A DNA stretch of 55,843 nucleotides, the filler included, from Sphacelaria rigidula (taxonomy: Eukaryota): the NCBI GenBank assembly GCA_964200075.2. It is 3 parts of 3 records of this genome, joined end to end, with 100 filler letters (N's around TTAATTAATTAA, not from the genome) between each part and the next. Parts side by side here need not be neighbours in the genome. Positions count along the whole stretch, not along the records: positions 1 to 18,550 come from CAXNAA020000838.1; 2 more parts are not named here. One strand, given 5' to 3'. Below the pieces are notes generated by a model. That model was not told where the DNA came from, did no database searches, and saw nothing but the letters and a program-made list of their open reading frames with translations. The stretch's first letter is position 1, and every line of letters begins with the position of its first letter. Positions 1-9,290 of the stretch are shown here, in pieces. The position numbers and the translations under genes are program-made.

Positions 1-101
1 CTAGAGGTCCTGTTGGCAGTCGAGAGTGCTGGCGAGGGGAGTCGCCCTCCTCGGAGTGAAAGTGACGGGGATTGGACCCCCACGACTAACTTTTGTGTTG
101 C

Positions 102-175
102 TTTAAGAGACAACCAACTAGACTATTGATCAGTCAGCGCTGACTTGTTAGTAGTCTAGTTGGTTGTCTCTTAAA
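102..175. repeat. 74-bp palindromic mini-element or hairpin with TTAA at both ends
   Basis: Perfect 24-bp inverted arms tttaagagacaaccaactagacta / tagtctagttggttgtctcttaaa. Central palindrome agtcagcgctgact. Confidence 0.85.
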
Positions 176-186
176 CCGTCACAGGC

Positions 187-280
187 CCGATTCTATCCTC
201 TTGGACAACCAAGTCATGTCTGAGTTTGGTGCTGTATTAGATTGGGCAAACTAATCTCTGTCTTCCACCTCCACGGGTAT
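187..280 (+). pseudogene. Fragment resembling the C-terminal half of a retroelement aspartic protease, interrupted by the LTR at 281
   Basis: Manual translation PDSILLDNQVMSEFGAVLDWAN*SLS resembles the retropepsin ILGxDxLxxxxAxID motif. Confidence 0.4.
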
Positions 281-769
281 TGTAATAAAGAGCAAGCGGC
301 AGTATAATGCAAGAACACAGCTTGCAACCCAAGGCACAAGCTTGGCGGGCAAGTGTACAACCGTCAGGCTGCTACAACTTGTAGATACTGTGTGACCTGC
401 TCAGTATCCAAATATCAAACGAGGTTTCACGCGAATAGGTCCTTCACTTCTCTCTTGATTATCTTGATTCTATCTCCAGTATCTACTCAATCAATCCAAA
501 CCAATCCAATGCGTCTCACCGATAGTTAGATTTTTTTTGCTGGAGGGCAATAGAGAAGCAGTTGATAGCGTGGAGGATGGGCGAGCTGTATGGGTTCCAG
601 CTGATCTATCTCGCCATCGTTTACCAATATACAAGCTCATATCCGTACCCGACCAACCCTGAACAGACCTGCAGTCTTGTTTACCGGGATTCCCAATATG
701 ACCGAAAGCCAGACTTCGATAACGGGTCTGAAGCGGCATGACAGCAGGTTAGTATCCATCTTCATGCCA
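281..769 (-). repeat. 3' LTR (489 bp)
   Basis: Direct repeat of 13957-14462. On the minus strand it begins TGGCATGAAG and ends TTATTACA. Confidence 0.93.
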
Positions 770-890
770 CTAACCCACCCAGACGAACCTTTATTGCAGC
801 TGCGAGGATGTATCCTCAAACCAGCGAAAACCAAGGTTTTTCTTTACTATACAAGTCATGAGCGGCTAATAAAGCATACCTAAAGGAATA

Positions 891-1220
891 CTCCCGTACC
901 TAACACTCCCGTACCACCAATCCCGTACCCACTCTCACACCTCAAAAGAAGGGAAGCATAGACTGCTTCGAGGAGCAGAAAAAAACTGCTCCGAAACGCG
1001 GGAGCACAAACTGCTTCGGCGTGCTAGCGATCAACGAAGAAGCACAAATTGCGTCGGCGTCCTAGCAAAAGTTAAGGGGGAAAACAGGGAGGTACAACAG
1101 GAAGCAGAGCTCTGACCTGGGGGAAGCCAAAGGTACAACAGAGAGTAGAGCTTCAACCGGGGGGAAATCCAAAGGTACAACAGGGAGCAGAGCTCCAACC
1201 TGGGGGGAATCCAAAGGTGC
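891..1220. repeat. Tandem repeat blocks in the retroelement 3' non-coding region
   Basis: TCCCGTACC x3 (892, 907, 921). AGCAcaaACTGCTTCG-like units at about 955-1065. 41-42 bp unit aggtacaacag...ggggaa.ccaa starting at 1090, 1131, 1173 and 1215 (partial). Confidence 0.85.
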
Positions 1221-1461
1221 TAAAAACTGCAAGATCGAAAAGCTGAAAATCGGTGATCCAACGAGATCGAGCGCCAGATGAAGGGGATACAATGGCTCCA
1301 GTAGTCGTGGATAGCGGTCGTGTCAGTAGTTCTTTATCGTCGTCCGATATAGGTCGCGCTGTTGTGGTGTCGTAAAAGAAGATCCTGGTGGAGAAGGGAG
1401 AGCAGACAGTGCTTACGGAAAACAAATAGGGGTGGGGCAACAGTCACGACAATAGCGTGGT

Positions 1462-2079
1462 TCAAAGCGGGGCGTGGACGTCGTGGGTGTGGTCGATGTT
1501 GCGCTGGAGACCGCGGCGAAGTCCTTTGGACTTGAGGCGCTGGAGACACCAGGATCCGCGTGGTGTAAATGGGCTGGTGGTGTATAGCGCTGGCCAAAGC
1601 TTGAGCTGTATGGGTCCAGGGTCATCGATGAAGCGCTGTGTGTCGGCCGAAACCAGGTTAGCGGAGTGGGTCTGACCCAACCACCAGAAGTTTTCGCTGC
1701 CTTTGAACCAAAGGTAGCTGCCCTTGGGCAGGAGTCGCTGGTTCGCGAAGAACTTCGTCTTACAAGTCTTGGAGGGTACAAGTTCGTAACCATCGGCGAC
1801 AAAGCGTAGCCCCTCATTGCGGTGACGTTCGCGGGCTGCTGCGCCACGGCGCATGTTGCGATATTTCTTGTTGTGAGCAAGATGCTGATGTTGGGATTGC
1901 GTCCAGTAAAGGAGGATTGCACGACGGTGCAATTGCAGGTCGGATTCGCGTTCCCAAGACGCTCTCCGGAGACCGTGCCAGTGTGTCTTATACATGACAG
2001 CGATCTTGCTTCCTCGACCACGGGTTATCTGGTGGCCGGAAATGGAGGACACAGTCAGCCGAAGGGGCTGTTCCGTCAC
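1462..2079 (-). pseudogene. Pol C-terminus: chromodomain (1903-2058) plus PWWP/Tudor-like module (1540-1734)
   Basis: VSSISGHQ...VMYKTHWHGLRRASWERESDL matches the chromodomain WxG...SWEP/RxxxL pattern. It is followed by LPKGSYLWFKGSENFWWLGQ...RFIDDPG. Confidence 0.75.
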
Positions 2080-3400
2080 GTCGTCGGTTGTAACGTGGTA
2101 GGGCGGGGACTTGGTCGAGTAGCTGTTGAGAGCATACTGAGTGAGTCCGCAGGCAGGTACTTGGGCATGTCGCTTGTATCATGCGGGTTCGTGCAGGGTT
2201 TGCATCTGTGCACGGAGACGCGGGGCTTGGTGTTCTTGCCCTGGAAGTCGCGAGGCAAGTCGAGATAGAGCAGTTTGTCACCGACGGGTTTTTTATCCGT
2301 TGATGATGACGATGGTCCGACTGTCAGGATCTTGAATGGTCCTGTCCAATTGAGGGACAATTTTTTCTTCAAAATTGTTTCGTTGGCTGCTTCACTGGTG
2401 CCTTGGCGGATGGTCGACAAGTGTTGTAGATCCAAACCCAGTCACCAACTTTCCAGTTAGGGCGTTTGTGCATGACATTGTAGGAAGCAGTATTAGATCT
2501 CTCTAAGCGCGAGGCATTGGTAACGTGTTGTTCGCGCACGAGGGTGAACGCTTTGCGTTGTCGTGCATGCGTTAGCTCGTTGTAGGATAAATGATCCTGA
2601 TCCAATTCTTGGTGTCCGTCGAACGTGTGGCGCTCAAACACGGTGATAGGCAGCCGAGGGTAACGCCCAAGATGGAATTCGTTCGGAGAAAGGCTGGTGG
2701 CGGCATTAACCGAGGTGTTGTAGGACAACATGATGTGCGAGAGATTTAGGTCTCAGTCATTTTGGCGGTCATTGACAACCATAGAGAGCATCTTCTGGGC
2801 CGTGGTGCGATTAACTCTTTCGGTACCACCGTTACCGTTCGGGTGGTAGGCGCTCGTGGCAATTTTGCGTATGCCCAGGAGCTTGTAAAAAGCTCATCAG
2901 AGAGGTCTAAACAAAAGTGCTGACCATTGTCTGAAAGTAGTCGCTTTGGGCAACCGTAGTGCTTAATGTAATCATGGACCAGTATGTCAGCCGTTCCGGC
3001 GGCAGTGAAAGCTGCGGCGGTTACCGCGTACATGGACGCGTGGCGGCTAAAGCGGTCAGTGAAGAGTAAGATGTAGGTGTTGCCGCGACCTGTGATAGGT
3101 AGGGGGCCGAAGTAGTCAAAGGACACAAGGTGGCCGGGCTCGTCGGGGAGTCCCATAGAGATCACGGGCCAGCGTACTGTCTGTCGTGAAGTTTTTCGGG
3201 CTTGGCATTTAAAGCATCGCCGAATCCAGAAGCGGGTGGAAATTTCCATACCAACCCACCAGTAAAAGCGTTCCAAGAGCGCGAGGGTGCGGGTGACGCC
3301 AAGGTCGCATGACAAGTCTGTGTGACAGCCTTTCATGACCTAGGGGCGCATTAATAATGGCACATACATGCGCGTTGGTTCGTCATTGAGTAGTCGTGCG
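2076..3400 (-). pseudogene. Integrase (zinc-binding region, DDE core, GPF motif), frameshifted
   Basis: CHTDLSCDLGVTRTL...FYWW...CFKCQ; LVSFDYFGPLP; LLSDNG; LSYNTSVNAATSLSP; LNWTGPFKI. Confidence 0.93.
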
Positions 3401-4191
3401 GTGCGTCCCGTAGTTGGGGCGGCAATTGCGCTTGTCAAAGGCGTGGGCCGACGTACGAGTAGTTGCACGCCTCCATCCGTAGTGAAAAGGGTGCCTTTAC
3501 GCACGAGCTCGTATACGTCAGAGATAACTGGTGGTGGCTGTGTTCCAACCGGGGCCAGAAGTGTGGACGGAAAAGGGACTAGACAGTCAAGTTGTAAGTA
3601 CCGGGTGGCTGCGCAACATAGCGGTTCTGCGTTTTGTTCACGAGCCCAATCGTGGTGAGAATAGCTGGCGAGAAACTCGCGTAGTTGACATTCCGCTGGC
3701 GAGCCGACCAAACATGGCAGGGCAGGCGGCGGGGGAACAGGCGACGGGGCAGAAATGCCGACGTCAATTTTTGTTCCGGGAGCTGGAGACGAGTCGTCAG
3801 ATCCGTGCTCGGGGGCAGGAGATGTTTGCGGCGCCATTGTAGGCGGCGGGGTTGTATCAGTGCGCAGCGAAGATTGCTCGCGGCGCGTGGCGCACGGTGC
3901 AGAAGTTTTTGCGGAGCTTCGCGGGTTGGTCCCTGGAGCTTGTGCTGGGTGGCTCATATGGGTTACAGGTGTTGTTGGTGGCGGCGGGGCACTCAGAGTA
4001 GTGCGGGCGACAGACCGGGAGCGCGTGTTGTCGGAGATAAGATGGATGACTGGAAGTGTCTCCGCAAAGAGTTGCGCGCGAGTGCCGAAAGTGCGAAAAT
4101 CAACAAAATCGGAGGTAGTGGGCTCTAACACACCCAAGACGGCGTCATATGGTAGAGGGCAAGATCCTCCCATATGCATACCGGTTTCCGG

Positions 4192-4700
4192 TCACTGGAG
4201 GTCGAGGGCGTAAACAGGCGTTGAAAAACGTCTGATCGCGTAAATTCCGGGTTCATCGGGTTCCGTAAAACGGCAAGCCGGGCTGAAATCTGCGGCCGTA
4301 GGCGGCAGAGGTAAGTGGGAAAGAAGATCCGCGTTCCCGTTGGATTTGCTTGGACGGTGCTTACTGGCATACTGGTATGCTGTTAGAAACTCCAACCATC
4401 GTTGTACACGAGGGTTTTGTTCACCAACCTTGGCGAGTTGTTTAAGTGCTCCGTGATCCGTATAGATCTCGAAGGGCACGTGAAACAGATATTGTCGAAG
4501 GCGCTTAATGACTCAAGTGATTTCTCCGCATTCCAGTTCTAGCGGGCTCCAATTGGCCTCGTTGGGCAGGGTAGTGCGGCTGATGTAAAGGATGGGTCGG
4601 ACAGAGCCATCAACCTGAGGTTGATTCACACCTCCTCCAAAACCATTTGTGCTGGCGTCAGTATGGAGTTGGAAAAGGCGGGAGCCATCTTGTACTGCCT
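4192..4700 (-). pseudogene. RNase H of pol
   Basis: FQLHTDASTNGFGG, NWSPLELEC, FEIYTDHGAL, RVQRWLEFL, SNGNADLLS. Confidence 0.92.
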
Positions 4701-5690
4701 CCCAATCAGGAAAGCAAAGTATGGGCTTTTCGGCAAGCGTCTTGAGTAATTCGCGGGTGATATTCTCCATTTCTGTGGTGAAAGAAAACACGGCTCCTTT
4801 CTTGAGTGGCTCAGTAAGGGGGCGAATCCGTTTCGATAAATTCGGCAAAAAATTGCTGTAGTAGGATAGCCCACCCAACAATGAGCGAAGTTGAGAAATG
4901 TAAGTAGGCATCGGTAAATCAGTCATCGCCTTGACCTTGTTTGTATCCGGATGCAGGCCTGCTGGCGAAATGGGATGCCCCAAGAAATCCAAGTCAGTCG
5001 CGCCAAGGCGAGCTTTGGATGGAGACAGTTTCAAATCGTGCGTTCGTAGGCGAGAGAGAAATTCTCGTAGAGTGCGTATATGTGCGATAGGTGAGGCATC
5101 GAAAGCGATAGCGTCATCCAAGTACATGATGATGTGCTCGAGGCCCTCGGTGACGCGTTGCATTAAGCGTTGAAAGCACCCCGAGGCAGTGGCGGCGCCT
5201 TGTGGCATGCAAAGCCACTCATGGAGTCCGGACGAGGTGCAAAAAGCCGTCAGTGAGACTGTGTCAGGGTGTATAGCATTCTGAAAAAATCCAGAAGCGA
5301 GTTCGAAGGTGCTGAATATTTTGCCTTCGCCTAAGGAGTCGAAGACTTCATTAATGCGGGGAATTGGAAGTTTACCGACGACAGTGACGCGGTTCAACCG
5401 TTGATAATTCACGGTGATGCGTATGTTTCCATCCTTTTTGGGGACGACCACAAGTGGCGAGGCCCAAGGAAAGGAGGAATGTTGTATTAGTCCCGCTCCC
5501 AAATACGCGTCCAAGATGGCGTTAACTTTCTTGTTCAGGATTGGGTTGGTACGGTATGGCCGAGAAGAAATCGGCGAGACACCGGGTTGGAGGGTAACCT
5601 CAAAGGGCAGTGTTTTGCAATGCCCAAGGTCCGTCTTGGATCGGGAAAATCGGTCTTGGTACTGTAGCAGGACATCACTGAGTTCTTAGA
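4700..5690 (-). pseudogene. Reverse transcriptase of pol
   Basis: SFPWASPLVVVPKKDGNIRITVNYQRLN, MPQGA, YLDD (5113-5124), FLGHPI. Confidence 0.96.
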
Positions 5691-6359
5691 TGACTGCCGG
5701 TTTCCAGCCGGGCCCATAAAGGTCAAAATTGATGTCGCGCATGTGTGGCGGCAATTGGTTACACATGTGCAAGAAACTATTACGAGAATCTGGTGATAAG
5801 CGTTGAAGCACTTCAGCAGGAGGATCGGAATTTGACTGAGCAGGATCCACGGTGTGGACCTGGGGTGGAATAGTAGAGGCGAGATTGAAATAAGGTTCAT
5901 CGACACAACGTACTGATTCCGCCGGAGATGTGGTGTTTGGTGCGGCAGGCTCTGTGACGCACGTCTCGAGTGGGATGTGCATCAGGGGAGCAGCGGCGGT
6001 TCCTAAAACATCGCCGGGTTCTAAGTTAGCATGTCCCGTAAGAGAGAGGAGTTGTTGTCCCACCGACACGAAATGTTCTGTGTCGGCCGGTGCGCCAATA
6101 CGGGATAACATTTCGGCAAGATAATGGCCTGTAAGTGCTGGCATGCCATTTCGGCGAACGAATGCAACTTCAAGAAGTTGGGGGTCGTCGGAGAGTGTTA
6201 TACCCACGCTGCCGTTATATCGTAGGTGGTAAGCAGCTCCCGGTTGCTTGAGGATTCCTCTGATAAGCCAGGGCGCCGTGCAGAGTACCGGAGTGCTCGA
6301 GGTTGAATTCTCCACGCGGCGGGGAATGTGGCGTTAGTGGTGGAAGCGTGCGGTAGGTG

Positions 6360-6680
6360 CGTTTATCAAACCGCATATAGCTATCTCTGCCCAATAATAT
6401 GGCGTGATGCATGGTGCTGTTGGGGACAACGTATGCCCCGACTGCCAGGCTGGCAGATCGAGTGGTGTTGTGAAAGAATTGCACACTGAGACGTACGGAT
6501 TTACGAGTCGTTAGTGGCGCGGCAGAGTCACCGAAACCGCCCCACACGCGAGGTTTGGTGGTGGTTTCGCAAGCTGCAGTAGCAGCGCCAGTCTGTTTCA
6601 TGTGTTTCCATGTTGATTCTCAAATAAATGTTTGCGGGCTGCCGCTGTCCAACAAGGATACGCATTTCGTAGGCGTGATA
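6360..6680 (-). pseudogene. Aspartic protease of pol
   Basis: SLLDSGSPQTFI (DSG at 6641-6649) continues past an in-frame TGA into ...HAILLGRDSYMRF. Confidence 0.9.
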
Positions 6681-7640
6681 GCGTTTGGACCGGAATGGAT
6701 TGCAACGCGATTAGTGAAAGTGGCCGGATTGACAGACACTTTGCCGCCGACAAGATCCTGACCGTGTTGCGGCAAGGTAACCTGGTCAGGATCAGCGGGG
6801 CTGACAGCAAAAACGCACGGCGGATGATCCGCCGGTGGGTCAGATGTCTCACCAGAGAAGGGGGCGGACGGTATATTATTTCCAGGTGTGGCACGGTCAT
6901 TGGCGATTTCGTAAATTATCGTCTTTGGTTGACAGGGATCACAGTCAACGGGGGATGCAGAATGCGCGGGGCTGAAGCCGTCGATTGAAGAAGCAGTGCC
7001 GTCAGAATCATGGGCTTTTGTTTCTTCCGGGATACTTGATAGAGCCGTCGAGCTCAAAGTCGTCGCATTTTGGAGAGATTGAGGTCGAGGATTTCCGCTC
7101 GAAAGAGGTGTACGTAATGATGCGCGCGCGTCCTTGGGGACATGCTTACGGGGCTTTCTCTTTCGCCGTGACAAAGGTCGGGAAACTTCCAAAGTATTTG
7201 GGGATGAAACCACAACTGCGTCCAGTTGCGTGGATGGGGTCAGCATCGGGGCATGACGGAGCGAAACTTGTGGGCTGCTTTCCGTAGGCGAGTTTGGCTG
7301 TTGGGGCATAGCCGAAGATATGTTGGGGCGGTTGTTAATAAAACCGGCCGAAGGTAAGTCCGTGCGTCTTGAAAATCGCGGGGAAGGAGTCCGATCGAAC
7401 TGATTGGGAATTACATGAGCTGGTGTGGTCAGGTTCAAATCAGCAACACTTGGGTCAGCCGAAAAAGGCTTGCTGCTACCTGTGCGTGCGGTCGCTGAGG
7501 AAAGCCTTTGCCTCAGGGACTGGCGGTTGGTCTTCCCACACCTCAGACTTATACTCGGTACTGAAGGACCAACTTCAGTGCCGGGTGTAGGTCTGAGTCG
7601 CGGGGTGTCACAACTGTTACGCGGTGTGTGGAGGGGCGAA

Positions 7641-7808
7641 GACGGGGGTCGATTTGAACGGCCGTCAGTTGCGCTCCTGCATAGTGCCGGAAGAGCCGGG
7701 CGGACAATGTTAGTCGCGGGCTCTGCGAGCTGTGTTGAAAATTGTGTGGAGGTTCGAGACGGGGGTCGATATGAACGGCCGTCAGTTACGCTCCTGGACA
7801 GTGCCGGG
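7641..7808. repeat. Internal ~50-bp direct duplication in the Gag-PR spacer
   Basis: gacgggggtcgatttgaacggccgtcagttgcgctcctg at about 7641 and a near-identical copy at about 7758. Both encode PAL.RS.TDGRS.RPPS. Confidence 0.85.
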
Positions 7809-8041
7809 GGAGTCGAGTGAGCAATTTTTGACACGGACTCCGCGGGCTGTGTTGAAACATTCTTCGCTCGTGCTAGCGACGGCGTGGAAGACCGAAGAAC
7901 GCCGGCGTCGGCACGTCATGGATCTAAGCGATCCGTAGTGAAGGTACCAGGGTTTCTGGTGTTGGGATTAGAACTTCGTGTCGGTCCCGTCCGCTGGTGT
8001 CTATCAGCGGAACGGTTGTTGTTACGAGACTTTTGATCGTT

Positions 8042-9290
8042 CTACCGAGGGCTTCCGTGATTGTTGTTGTGTCGGCGACCGCGATTAGAGTTTTTGTTGC
8101 CACGTTGATTCGAATTGTTGCGGTAACTTCGAGTTGGTGGACGATAATCGCGCATACGTTTTTGCCATCGGCGCCACGCGGGTTCATTGTCCTGCAATTC
8201 AGGGTTCATGAGATCAAAGGCATTAATGCATGGACTGTCACAGTCGCGCATGCTGTGGCCTTGAACACTATAGTTGATGCAACTGTTGGCATGACTGCTG
8301 AAGGCATTGCGTCTAGCGGATGACGGAAGAAGTGGGTTCCACAAATGGGGATCATCGGTTATGAATGTCGTTGTTAAAGTCAGATAAACATCATCCCAAG
8401 TTTCCCCGGAAACGGCCGACCGTCAAAAGTCGCGCTAAAAGCATCTGGTACTTTGAACATGCATAACTGAACCGTCGACTGAGTCGGGGGTTCATGAAGC
8501 GCGAGACGAACTCGAATTCCTACCGCGAGCCCCTTGGGCATGAGCGGAGGACACAACCGTAGGTTGTGAACGCACAGACGTTGAAGGTTTGCCACGTACG
8601 GCAGGCGTTAGATTACCCTCTTGGTGTACAAAAGCAGACCACATAGTATCAACGGAGGCGTAAGGCACCTCGCGATGCGCCAAGACACCCGGAAACAACG
8701 ACGCCATCAGAGCCGGCTCCTGTTGAGCAACGCTATTGCGGACATAAGTCTGACACATTGCATCGCTCGGTCCATTCTGGCGTCCGACACCCGTCGTACT
8801 CGAAACCAAAAGCTTAAATTCGCGGAGATAATCCGCGAAGGGGACATGAGATGCTACGACAAAAGAACTCAGCATCTGGATGAAGCTGGCTTGATCACTT
8901 TTGTCAAAGTAGCCTATGAGACGCCTTTCCAAATCAGAGAGTAATTGCGGGCCTGTCTTCCCTTGGGAACGATCCGGATCCATCTCCGCGAGGAATCCGT
9001 CGAGCATCTGCGTCAAAGAAGCAGCGAGGTCGGGAGAGCGGCGGATGATCGATCGATGCATTGCTTTGTGTAAGGGAGTCTGCCAGCCCTCTACCCAGTC
9101 TGAGTCTTCGAAACGTTGTGTGCCAGTCACATCCGCCAAGTGAAGGATGTTACAAACAGTGCGGCGGATGGACGTGATGAGGGCAGAAGTAAACTGGCCC
9201 GAATCTTCGTTATCCGCGGCAGGCATGGTTTTTATGTGCCAGAGTTATTTCACATGCATCTGAATATACTGTCTTAGTATTGCAGCTACT
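8042..9290 (-). pseudogene. Gag core and zinc knuckle
   Basis: Helical capsid-like ORF 8492-9226 (PFADYLREFKLLV). Knuckle CINYSVQGHSMRDC at 8240-8281 is CX2CX4HX4C with the second Cys changed to Tyr. Confidence 0.8.

Noticed and set aside
1090-1220. 41-42 bp repeats as a CRISPR array
   Set aside because: The units are contiguous with no unique spacers, there are no cas genes, and the context is a eukaryotic retroelement.
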